Shown here in pieces: positions 26,669 to 35,288 of a DNA stretch of 64,000 nucleotides (position 1 is the first letter of the stretch; every line of letters begins with the position of its first letter). Origin of the DNA: Desulfosudaceae bacterium. GTDB taxonomy: Bacteria; Desulfobacterota; Desulfobacteria; Desulfobacterales; Desulfosudaceae. The position numbers were made by a program, and so were the translations under genes. The notes under the pieces are model-generated. The model saw only the letters and a list, made by a program, of their open reading frames with translations. It had not been told where the DNA came from and ran no database searches. The stretch is from assembly GCA_963674745.2 (NCBI GenBank), contig CAXXDV010000003.1:238478-302477 (forward strand). The letters are read 5' to 3'.

Positions 26669-28320
26669 TTAAATTTCCTCCACCATTTCCACTCCGTCGC
26701 CTTCACCCGAAGATCCGGCCACGATTTTTCCCATGCCGAACATGCCTTCGCATACCCAGTAGGCGAATTCAGCCTCCCGCAGCGTATCTCCCCACAGAAC
26801 CGGGCGGATGCCTTTCCACCGTTCTTCTAAGAAATCGATCAACATTTTGGTGGCCTCACTGCCGTCCGTGCCTTTAAAATCAATAAACGCGCCGGCGCAG
26901 CGGTAGGCGCATAAAAGGCCCTGGCAGGGGCCCATGCCGATCCGGGTCCGGCGGCGCAGGTCCACGATATCGGTCACATTTAATTTATCAATCGCATAGG
27001 CCACTTCCCTGGCCGTGACCATTTCGCACTCGCAGATCAGGTTTTCATCCGCCCCGCCGCCTGCCAGAATGTCCCTGGCCCGCGTGCCGTGGCGGTAATA
27101 GGTGGATTCAATGACCGATTCACCGAAGTGCCGCCGTCGTTTGATGAGCGCCGGTTGTTTCTCCGACCCGGGCAGGGGCAGGCGGTGGGTTTCGCATTTT
27201 TTGTCAACACCCAGCTTGGGGCAGGCCAGGTCGGTTGCCTGTTCAGCCATCAGCCGGTAGGTCATGAGTTTGCCGCCGGCAATGGTGATCAGATTATCCA
27301 CCCCGTCCCGTTCTTTATGGTCCACCAGCACGATGCCCCGGGTGATGTCCCGGCCGTAGGTGTCTTTGCCGGTGGCCACCAGCGGCCGGACACCGCAGAA
27401 GGCCCGCAACACACGGGTCTTCGACAGGTTGGGCACCAGTTTTTCACCGTCATCCAGAAGGGTTTTTATCTCCTCCGGTGTCACCGTCAGATCTTCAATG
27501 GCGTCGTAAGGAATCTTCTGCGAGGTGGTGCCGATCAGCGAAACCGTATCCCCGGGAACAAGTATGTCCCCGTCACCCGGTTTGCGGCAGCGATTGATGA
27601 CCACGTTGTTAATCCGGTAATCGAGGATGACCATGGCCCCTTTGGACGGGAACATGGCCAGTTCAATGCCCGCCAGTTGGCAGATCTGCTGCCCCCAGAC
27701 ACCGAGGCATTGATGATGATCCGGCCGTGGATCTCAAACTGACGGCCGGTTTTTCTGTCCAGACAGCGTACACCGGTGACCGTCGTTTGATTCATGATGA
27801 ACGCTTCTACACGGCTGTGGGTTTTGACCCGGGCGCCGTGCTCGACCGCGTCGAGCACATTGGCGGATGCCAGGCGGAAAGGGTCGATGGTGGCGTCCGG
27901 TACGGCAATGGCCCGGGTGATGGCGGCGTTGAGGTTGGGCTCGCATTCAAGGGCCTGATCACGGGTGATCTCTTTGGCCCCAATACCGGTCCGGCGGCAG
28001 GCGTCCAGAAGCTGTTCATGATATCGGGGGTCGTCGTCCGGCAGGGTGACAAACAGGCCGCCGGTATCTTCAATACAGTGCCGTGCGATGGCTTTTAGAA
28101 TTTTGTTTTCGGAAATGCATTCCCTGGCCGATGTTTCGTCCTTGACGGCATATCTCGCTCCGGAATGCAGCAGCCCGTGATTCCGGCCGGTGGTGCCGGC
28201 CGCGAAGTCGTGTTTTTCAACCAGCACGCAATCGATACCCCTTAAGGCACAGTCCCTGAGGATGCCGCAACCGGTGGCCCCGCCGCCGATTATGATTGCG
28301 TCTGTTTCAATTCGTTCCAT
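26669..28320 (-). pseudogene. glpA: Anaerobic glycerol-3-phosphate dehydrogenase subunit A, disrupted by a 1-nt frameshift
   Basis: ORF 27535..28320 (AIIIGGGATGCG..., ending ...IINAS) and ORF 26669..27655 together make one GlpA. The frame-2 reading GVWGQQICQLAGIELAMFPSKGAMV continues the protein directly after IINA. One G appears to be missing in GCCTCG(G)GTGTC at + coordinates about 27702..27705. Confidence 0.8.
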
Positions 28321-29189
28321 CGCTGGTCGACTTCCTGCTGGATTTTTTCAATCTTGTCCTTCGACAGGGCCTTGAAACGTGACTGTCCGGACAGGTATTC
28401 TGTCACTGGTTTACGGTCTTTTTTAAGCAGCTTTTTTGACGCGTCGGTCAGGGTCAGGGTGTTGTTTTCAAATTCGTAAAGTTCGTACAGGCCGGATTCC
28501 ACGGCCAGTTTGCCCATTTTTACGGTCAGGCGCGGTTCAAATCCCCAGCCCGACGGGCAGGGCGTATGAATGTGAAAGTATTTGATGCCGGTCAGTGTTT
28601 TGGCCTTTATCAGCTTGTTATAAAAATCCAGCGGGTATGAGGCCGAACAGGAGGCCACGTAGGTAACGTCGTGGGCGGCGATGATTTTGGCCACATTTTT
28701 TCGCTGCTGGGGTTTACCGCTGATGGGCGTGGTGGTGGTCAGGGCCCCGGCCGGGGTGGTGCCGGACCGCTGGATGCCGGTGTTCATGTATGCTTCGTTA
28801 TCATAACAGAAGTAGATGAAGTTTTCATTCCGTTCACAGGCCCCGGACAGGGCCTGGATGCCGATGTCGCTGGTTCCGCCGTCGCCGGCCCAGGCCGCGA
28901 CAATGGTGTCTTCCTGCTTGCGGGCCCGGAGTGCGGCCTGCACGCCCGAGGCGGCAGCAGCCGTGGAGGCGAAGGTGACGTTCAAACAGGGCAGCTGGGT
29001 GGCCGCAATGGGATAAAGCCCCTGAAGCACCGTCAGGCAACTGGGCGGCACCACCAGGATGGTGTTCCGGCCCAGGGCTTTGAGCCCGATGCGGTAAATC
29101 AGGGAAAGGCCGCATCCGGAGCAGGCCCGATTACCGGGATGGACCAGTTCTTCAACCGGCAGGTCTATGGCTTTTGTAACAGTGGTCAT
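28290..29189 (-). CDS. porB: 2-oxoacid:ferredoxin oxidoreductase beta (TPP-binding) subunit
   Basis: Motifs are CSGCG and the TPP motif GDGGTSDIG. It is about 299 aa, typical of four-subunit POR/VOR enzymes. Confidence 0.85.
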   Translation of the reverse strand: MTTVTKAIDLPVEELVHPGNRACSGCGLSLIYRIGLKALGRNTILVVPPSCLTVLQGLYPIAATQLPCLNVTFASTAAAASGVQAALRARKQEDTIVAAWAGDGGTSDIGIQALSGACERNENFIYFCYDNEAYMNTGIQRSGTTPAGALTTTTPISGKPQQRKNVAKIIAAHDVTYVASCSASYPLDFYNKLIKAKTLTGIKYFHIHTPCPSGWGFEPRLTVKMGKLAVESGLYELYEFENNTLTLTDASKKLLKKDRKPVTEYLSGQSRFKALSKDKIEKIQQEVDQRWNELKQTQS

Positions 29190-29201
29190 AATATCTAATC
29201 C

Positions 29202-30404
29202 TTAATTTATATCTGATAGTCCTATCCATTGCGGCGATTCGGCGCTGGCGGTTTCCGGGTCGGCGCAAAATTCGTTCAGGGCGTTCTGCAGATCGGCGGT
29301 TGTTATGGTTCGGCCGCCCAGGCCCACGATGCAATTGTGCAGGCAGGGCCGACGGGGTCGGTTATACAGGGCGGCTTTGATTTCACCGGCCAGAGGGCCT
29401 TCATATCCGTAGCTGATGGCTTTTTCAAAAACCAGCACACCCCGGGCATTCTCCAGGGCCCCGGCAACTTCTTCCGCGGGAAAGGGCCGGTAAACACGCA
29501 GGGCAATCACCCCCACCTTGACGGATTTTACCCGCAGGGTGTCCACCACCTTTCTCAGCTGCCGGGAGAGCGATCCCAGGCAGATGGTGATAAACTCGGC
29601 ATCTTCACAACAATAGGCCTCATAAAAGGGATTTACTTCCCGGTTGAACTCGGCCGAAAAGTCTTTGGCCGTCTGTTCGATGACGGTCAGGGCCCGCCTT
29701 TGATCCTGCTGCAGGTTATGCCGGATTTCCATGTAAGCCGGGGCCGTGTCTCCCCTGACATCCGGTCGGGTGTAAGGCAGAGTGACCGTGTTCAGGTTCA
29801 TGGGGGATGACGGATCGAGCAGGACATCGGGCGCTGAATCGGCCAGAAAAGTGTCGACTTTTTCCTGGTCCGGTATCTCAAAGGGCATGTAGGTATGAGA
29901 CAACAGGTAACCGTCGTAACAGACCATAATGGGGATACGGACGGTTTCGGCGATACGGAAGGCCTGGATGACGGTATCGATGATCTGCTGGTGATTGGCG
30001 GCGTGAATCTGGATCCAGCCGGTGTCCCGCTGGGACATTGAATCCTGGTGGTCGTTCCAGACCGACCAGGGCGCGCCCACGCCCCGGTTGGCAACGCACA
30101 TGACGATGGGCAGACGCGCACCCGCGGCCCAGTGAATCTGTTCGTGCATGTAGAGCAGGCCGTTGGCACTGGTGGCGGTAAAAGCCCGGGTGCCGGCGCT
30201 GGAAGCGGCGATGCACACGGACAGGGCGCTGTGTTCACTTTCCACCGGAATGTATTCGGCGGCCATTTCACCGGAGGCCACAAATTCGGAAAGCTTTTCG
30301 GTCAGCGGCGTCTGAGGGGTTATGGGATAAGCCGCGATAACCTGTGTCCGGGCCAGTTTGACGCCGGTGGCCGCGGCCGTGTTCCCTGTTTCAATGCAAT
30401 GCAT
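29202..30404 (-). CDS. porA: 2-oxoacid:ferredoxin oxidoreductase alpha subunit
   Basis: It is 400 aa with GNTAAATGVKLA..VIAAYPITPQT at the N-terminus, and it sits between the delta and beta subunits. Confidence 0.85.
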   Translation of the reverse strand: MHCIETGNTAAATGVKLARTQVIAAYPITPQTPLTEKLSEFVASGEMAAEYIPVESEHSALSVCIAASSAGTRAFTATSANGLLYMHEQIHWAAGARLPIVMCVANRGVGAPWSVWNDHQDSMSQRDTGWIQIHAANHQQIIDTVIQAFRIAETVRIPIMVCYDGYLLSHTYMPFEIPDQEKVDTFLADSAPDVLLDPSSPMNLNTVTLPYTRPDVRGDTAPAYMEIRHNLQQDQRRALTVIEQTAKDFSAEFNREVNPFYEAYCCEDAEFITICLGSLSRQLRKVVDTLRVKSVKVGVIALRVYRPFPAEEVAGALENARGVLVFEKAISYGYEGPLAGEIKAALYNRPRRPCLHNCIVGLGGRTITTADLQNALNEFCADPETASAESPQWIGLSDIN

Positions 30405-30477
30405 GGCGATTGACTCCGTTCGTATTTAATAAGTTATAATTTTTCTAAACTTGTCAGTAAAAGAATAAAAGCCTTAA

Positions 30478-30699
30478 GGGTTGAGTTGTTTAGGGGTTGA
30501 GTCGTTGAGGGCTTTTTTATTCAAATACCTCAACCCCTCAACCCCTCAACCCCTCAACAACTCAACAACTCAACTTCTTTACGCTTGCCTCCTCGAACCC
30601 TGAACCCAGAACCTTGACAAAAGGGCACGGCACGCCGTGCCCCTACGACATTTGCGAACGACCGGTGAACCTCGAACCTCGAACCCTGAACCTCAAACC
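30478..30699. repeat. Composite repeat C inside the por operon
   Basis: GGGTTGAGTTGTTTAGGGGTTGAGTCGTTGAGGG pairs with CCTCAACCCCTCAACCCCTCAACCCCTCAACAACTCAAC. (GAACC)-type runs flank the hairpin GGGCACGGCACGCCGTGCCCCTAC (30623..30646). Confidence 0.75.
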
Positions 30700-30989
30700 T
30701 CCTCTTCCGTCTCATTGACCATGATAATGGCACCGGCCGGGCATTCTTCGGCACAGATACCGCAACCCTTGCAGTATTCAAAATCAAATGTCGGCGGTAT
30801 GGTCCGGGTGATAACCCCTTCCGGACAATACATCCAGCACAGAAAACAGACCTCTTTGTTCGATTTGGCCGGAAGGCATTTGCTGGTATCAAGCACCGGC
30901 CGCTCCACCCGCCAGGAACCGGTATGGCCGGCATCGCCGGGGCCGGGCTCACTGTGGGAAATTTGTTCTGCGAATTTATTTTTCTTCAT
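30693..30989 (-). CDS. porD: 2-oxoacid:ferredoxin oxidoreductase delta (2x[4Fe-4S]) subunit
   Basis: Motifs are CLPAKSNKEVCFLCWMYCP and CKGCGICAEECP. It is 98 aa. Its last codons lie in repeat C. Confidence 0.8.
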   Translation of the reverse strand: MKKNKFAEQISHSEPGPGDAGHTGSWRVERPVLDTSKCLPAKSNKEVCFLCWMYCPEGVITRTIPPTFDFEYCKGCGICAEECPAGAIIMVNETEEEV

Positions 30990-31558
30990 TTCTTTTCTCC
31001 AACAATCGTGGCGTCAAAAGCCAGTCGGGCTGATTCGACATTTTTGGCGGCATGTTTTCCTTTGAACTCTTTTCCGATAGCGTCCAGCAGGGGGGCGATC
31101 TGCACCAGCCCGGTGGCTTTGGCAAAGGCGCCGATAATGCCGGAATTAACGATGCCCCGGGGCAGGCCCGCCTGCACGGCGATTTCTCCGATGTCGGCCA
31201 CGGCTGTTACCGCGCCGGGAAAGGGAAACTCGTCGGGTTGTTTAGGGGTGTTGATGATCACCATGCCGCCCGGTTTGATGCCGGCCGCGGCCGCGGCTTC
31301 ATCAAACAGCCGCTCATCGAGCACCACCACGATATCGGGCTGCTCGATGGGGGAAAGGTCATAGACCTCTTCTTTGGATAGTTTTAATGAGGTAAATACC
31401 GGTGCGCCCCTTCTTTCGGTACCGAAAGTGGGGATCATGGCCACGCCCGGAAATCCCGAGGCAAAAGCCACGCCGGCCACGATCTTGGCCGCGGTGATGG
31501 CGCCCTGGCCGCCGCGTCCGTGCCAGCGGATGTCGAGTTCGTTTTTGTTCATGTTCAT
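30986..31558 (-). CDS. porG: 2-oxoacid:ferredoxin oxidoreductase gamma subunit
   Basis: It has the RWHGRGGQG motif and is 190 aa. It overlaps porD by 4 nt. Confidence 0.85.
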   Translation of the reverse strand: MNMNKNELDIRWHGRGGQGAITAAKIVAGVAFASGFPGVAMIPTFGTERRGAPVFTSLKLSKEEVYDLSPIEQPDIVVVLDERLFDEAAAAAGIKPGGMVIINTPKQPDEFPFPGAVTAVADIGEIAVQAGLPRGIVNSGIIGAFAKATGLVQIAPLLDAIGKEFKGKHAAKNVESARLAFDATIVGEKK

Positions 31559-31612
31559 TTATGTGTCCTGTATTTGTTTGTTAATCCTTTTTTGAATTCA
31601 ATTGTTCAATCC

Positions 31613-31747
31613 GGTTTTAAGGTTTTAGAGTTTTAGGGTTTTATGTGATTAAGTTTTTATGTGGTTATGGGATTGGGGATCAACCGCTTCAATTCTTTAC
31701 CTAAACCTTAAAACTCTAAAACTCTAAAACCCTAAAACCCTAAAACC
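31613..31747. repeat. Composite repeat D (arms only)
   Basis: GGTTTTAAGGTTTTAGAGTTTTAGGGTTTTATGTGATTAAG... pairs with ...CCTTAAAACTCTAAAACTCTAAAACCCTAAAACCCTAAAACC. Confidence 0.7.
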
Positions 31748-31808
31748 TTTCCCTTCATTCCGCGGCACAGCGCTTAGTTATTTCCAAGACTGGCCCCGTA
31801 GGCAGTTG

Positions 31809-33329
31809 CTATAATGTGCTTTTTTCTGTCCATCCCCGGGAGCGTTTCACGGCTTCTTTCCAGGCATGGTAAAGTTTTTTTCTTTCCGGTCCGGGCATCT
31901 GCGGCTGCCATTCTTTGTCCTTGGCCCAGTTGGCCGTAAGGGATTCTTTTTTGTCCCAGTATCCCACGGCCAGGCCCGCGGCATAAGCCGCGCCCAGCAC
32001 GGTCGATTCGGTCACGGCCGGGCGGATCACCGGTATCTGCAGCATGTCCGACTGAAACTGCATCAGAAAATCGTTGGCGGCCATACCGCCGTCCACCTTC
32101 AGGGACTTTAAATCAATACCCGAGTCCTTGGCCATGGCATCGAATATTTCGGCTGCTTGAAAGGCGGTCGCTTCCAGCGTCGCCCGGGCCAGATGGCCTT
32201 TGTTGGCGTAATGGGTCAAACCGATCAGCAACCCCCGGGCCGTGCTGTCCCAGTGCGGGGCGAACAGGCCGGAAAAGGCCGGCACAAAATAGACGCCGCC
32301 GTTGTCGTTCACGGTCCGGGCCAGATCCTCAACCTGGGGTGACTCGATAATCAGCCCGATATTATCCCGCAGCCACTGCACCAAAGAACCGGCAATGGCG
32401 ATGGATCCTTCCAGGGCGTAAATTGCCGGTTCCTGACCGATTTTGTAAGCAACCGTGGTCAGCAGGCCATGGCGTGAGGGCGTGATCTTCCGGCCGGTAT
32501 TGACCAGCATGAAACATCCGGTGCCGTAGGTGTTTTTGGCTTCCCCCGGCTCGAAACAGACCTGGCCGAAGAGGGCGGCCTGCTGGTCGCCTAGAATGCC
32601 GGCCACGGGTGTACCTTCATCAACGCCCCAGCCCGAACATAAATGGCCGTATACGTCGCTCGAGGGTTTTATTTCGGGCAGCATGGTTTCGGAAATACCC
32701 ATGACCTTCAGAATGTCCTTGTCCCATTCCAGGGTGTGCAGGTCCATCAGCAGGGTCCGGCTGGCGTTGGTTACATCGGTGACGTGGACCCCTTTGTCCG
32801 GACCGCCGGTCAGCCACCAGACCAGCCAGGTGTCCATGTTGCCGAACAGGGCGTTTCCCTGCCCGGCGGCCTGCCGGGCTTCTTCACAGTTGTCCAGGAT
32901 CCATTTTATTTTAGGCCCGGAAAAATAGGTGGCCAGGGGCAGGCCGGTTTTGTCCCGGAACCGGTCGACCCCGCCGTCCGCGGCCAGCTCGCGGCAGATG
33001 CCGTCGGTGCGGGTGTCCTGCCAGACAATGGCATTGTAAAACGGTTGGCCGGTCCGTTTGTCCCAGACAACCGTTGTCTCGCGCTGGTTGGTGATGCCCA
33101 CCGCGGCAATGGCATCAGGGAGAATATTCTTTTTCTCCAGGGCGCCGGCAATGACGGCGGCCGTGTTGGTTTTGATCTCCATGGGATCGTGCTCGACCCA
33201 GTCCGGCTGGGGGTAAATCTGACGATGCTCGAGCTGATGGCTGGAGACGATGGTGCCCTTCCGGTCAAATACGACAAAACGGGTGCTGGTGGTACCCTGA
33301 TCTATGGCGGCGATATATTTCCCGGTCAT
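31809..33329 (-). CDS. glpK: Glycerol kinase
   Basis: Full-length match to the GlpK pattern: [37 protein letters not shown] and [15 protein letters not shown]. Confidence 0.95.
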   Translation of the reverse strand: MTGKYIAAIDQGTTSTRFVVFDRKGTIVSSHQLEHRQIYPQPDWVEHDPMEIKTNTAAVIAGALEKKNILPDAIAAVGITNQRETTVVWDKRTGQPFYNAIVWQDTRTDGICRELAADGGVDRFRDKTGLPLATYFSGPKIKWILDNCEEARQAAGQGNALFGNMDTWLVWWLTGGPDKGVHVTDVTNASRTLLMDLHTLEWDKDILKVMGISETMLPEIKPSSDVYGHLCSGWGVDEGTPVAGILGDQQAALFGQVCFEPGEAKNTYGTGCFMLVNTGRKITPSRHGLLTTVAYKIGQEPAIYALEGSIAIAGSLVQWLRDNIGLIIESPQVEDLARTVNDNGGVYFVPAFSGLFAPHWDSTARGLLIGLTHYANKGHLARATLEATAFQAAEIFDAMAKDSGIDLKSLKVDGGMAANDFLMQFQSDMLQIPVIRPAVTESTVLGAAYAAGLAVGYWDKKESLTANWAKDKEWQPQMPGPERKKLYHAWKEAVKRSRGWTEKSTL

Positions 33330-34162
33330 GGTTTGCTTCCTTTCATCACATCGATCATGGAAAATACGGTTCCCTTATCTTTCCGGTCACAGGCCCGGTT
33401 CAGAAAAACAATGGCGTCGGCCGTGCCGCCGGCGTAAATGTCCCGTCCATTAATATTATGGGTGAATTCGAATTTTACGGTCTGGTCGGCTGACACCAGG
33501 GTGTAGGTGTGCCAGGCGTGTCCGCCGAGATATGCTTCGGGAATGTGCCAATCCCTGGCCTGTTTTTCCGGATCGCGTTCCTTGATGATATCGTTTTCCG
33601 AAAAACGGATGCCCATGGCGTTGAAATAGCCGACCATGGCTTTGGCCGTGCCGCTGGTGTCGGCTTTGCCCTGTTGATGACTTTCCTTGATGGCCAGTGA
33701 ATATCCGTCAAACATGCCGGGAAATTCCCGGGCGGCATATTCCATCATGGCCTGGAAGCCGACGATCTGTTTGGCCATGTTGGGCGCGATCACGGCGCTG
33801 ATATCTGATTGACGGACCGTTTCAGCCAGCTTTTCCCGGTCACCGCCGGTGGTGCCCATGACAAAGGGCAATTTTTGCCGGCAGTAGAATTCACAATTGT
33901 CATTGACCGAGGAAGGGTGGGTGTAATCGACCGTGATGAACCGGCCGCGGGTGGCTTTGATTTCTTCAATGGCCGCTTCTTTTTTGTCCGGACGGACCAG
34001 GCGCACCGTGACCGGTCCGATGGATACTTCCGGCTGCTCGATCTCCGGTCCGGTCAACGACCAGGGGATAAGCGCGAACCGGTCGTCATTGACCAGGCGG
34101 TCGGCTATCCTGGAAGCCACATTGCCGGGCAGGCCGTTTATCATTATTTCAATGGGTTTCAT
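33326..34162 (-). CDS. 4-hydroxy-tetrahydrodipicolinate reductase-like protein (DapB family, plant/cyanobacterial-like type)
   Basis: Motifs are [17 protein letters not shown] and [20 protein letters not shown] 34162 is preceded by AGGAAAGGA. The stop overlaps the glpK start (ATGA). Confidence 0.65.
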   Translation of the reverse strand: MKPIEIMINGLPGNVASRIADRLVNDDRFALIPWSLTGPEIEQPEVSIGPVTVRLVRPDKKEAAIEEIKATRGRFITVDYTHPSSVNDNCEFYCRQKLPFVMGTTGGDREKLAETVRQSDISAVIAPNMAKQIVGFQAMMEYAAREFPGMFDGYSLAIKESHQQGKADTSGTAKAMVGYFNAMGIRFSENDIIKERDPEKQARDWHIPEAYLGGHAWHTYTLVSADQTVKFEFTHNINGRDIYAGGTADAIVFLNRACDRKDKGTVFSMIDVMKGSKP

Positions 34163-34239
34163 GCCATTTCCTTTCCTGTTCACAAACCCAAATATATTAG
34201 CAGGAAAAAGACCGTATTTCCAGCTTGTAAATAAAAATT

Positions 34240-35288
34240 GGTTTTAAAGTTTTAGGGTTTTAGGTTTTAAGGTGGTTAAGTGATTAAGTGATTAAGTGAT
34301 TAAGTGATTATGTGGGCCCGGGTTTTCGAAAGGTTACGCTTTATATGCTCAGCTTTGACAGATCGAAAATTTGTTCTTTTTACCAGCATTTAGGGGTGAT
34401 AAGCGTTAGCGCATCCACTATTGAATTTTGAGAAAAGCATGTTAACCTAAAGATGTGCCGGAAGATCTTGTAGTTGGAATTATTTTGGTTTTTATAGCAA
34501 TTTCATAAAAAACAAGGCATGACCCAACTGGGGTCGGAGCAACTTGCACGGCCGGAGGTGCCCGCCTTTCCAGCCTTATGTGAAAATTTTAGATAAAGTT
34601 AAGGCTTGTAAATGCTATCAGACATTTGGAGTGACAACATGACTAACAGTTTTTTCGGAAAAATCATAATTTATTCATTTAGTGGTTTCATTATTGGTAT
34701 TTTGATTCTTATTGCAGCATTGAAAACTGAGACTATACCGATTTTAGGAGCTTTTTTGACTTTATCCATAAACCTGCGAGCTGGTTGGCTTATTTTTGGT
34801 CAGATATACTAAAATTGCCCCCACAGAGTGAATTAGCTTTCGCAGTCGTGCCAATGGTCGCAGCAGTATTGCAATGGACCTTTTTGGGCTTTCTCTTTGG
34901 GTTATGGAAAAAATAAAAGTTCTTGTGTTTTGCACCCCGGCAACAAGTTGCCGGGGCCACCCGAGGCCGGGGCAATTAGAACTGACGGGGTTATTTGTAC
35001 GGCCGGGGTGGCACTGACAACTTGTTGTCAGTGTGCGAAGCAAAAGAGGACTTTGAGAAACAGCCACGCCATTGGGCACGGCACGCCGTGCCCCTACATA
35101 GTCATTTCGAATTTCAATCCTTAAACTTTAAAATCCCTACCTCTCCAGAAAACCTGACAACTTACCCATCTAATCACCTAAAACTTAAAAACCCAACACA
35201 CTCGCACAGCAGGCCCTTAATCAAATAACCACCTAACCACTTAATCACCTAAAACCTTAAAACCTTAAAACCCTAAAACTTTAAAACC
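34240..35288. repeat. Composite repeat E enclosing about 0.8 kb of AT-rich cargo
   Basis: The left arm (34240..34316) includes GGTTTTAAAGTTTTAGGGTTTTAGGTTTTAAGG followed by about four GTGATTAA units plus variant units. The right arm (35214..35288) is its imperfect reverse complement. The interior contains hairpin GGGCACGGCACGCCGTGCCCCTAC (35074..35098). Confidence 0.6.
34612..34812 (+). CDS. Hypothetical two-TM peptide (possibly a gene remnant)
   Basis: This 66-aa hydrophobic ORF lies in the AT-rich interior of repeat E. A second hydrophobic reading (34815..34917) in another frame suggests a decayed membrane-protein gene. Confidence 0.25.
   Translation: MLSDIWSDNMTNSFFGKIIIYSFSGFIIGILILIAALKTETIPILGAFLTLSINLRAGWLIFGQIY

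Noticed and set aside
27690-27715. Programmed ribosomal frameshifting as the explanation for the glpA break.
   Set aside because: The junction has no slippery heptamer or downstream structure. A simple 1-nt indel (error or mutation) is more parsimonious. I kept it as a finding, not as a recoding claim.
34283-34312. Tandem GTGATTAA units and the other 7-9-nt tandem units, considered as a possible CRISPR array.
   Set aside because: The units are only 7-9 nt and directly abutting, with no spacer-sized unique sequences. No cas genes are present. This is simple-sequence repeat, not CRISPR.
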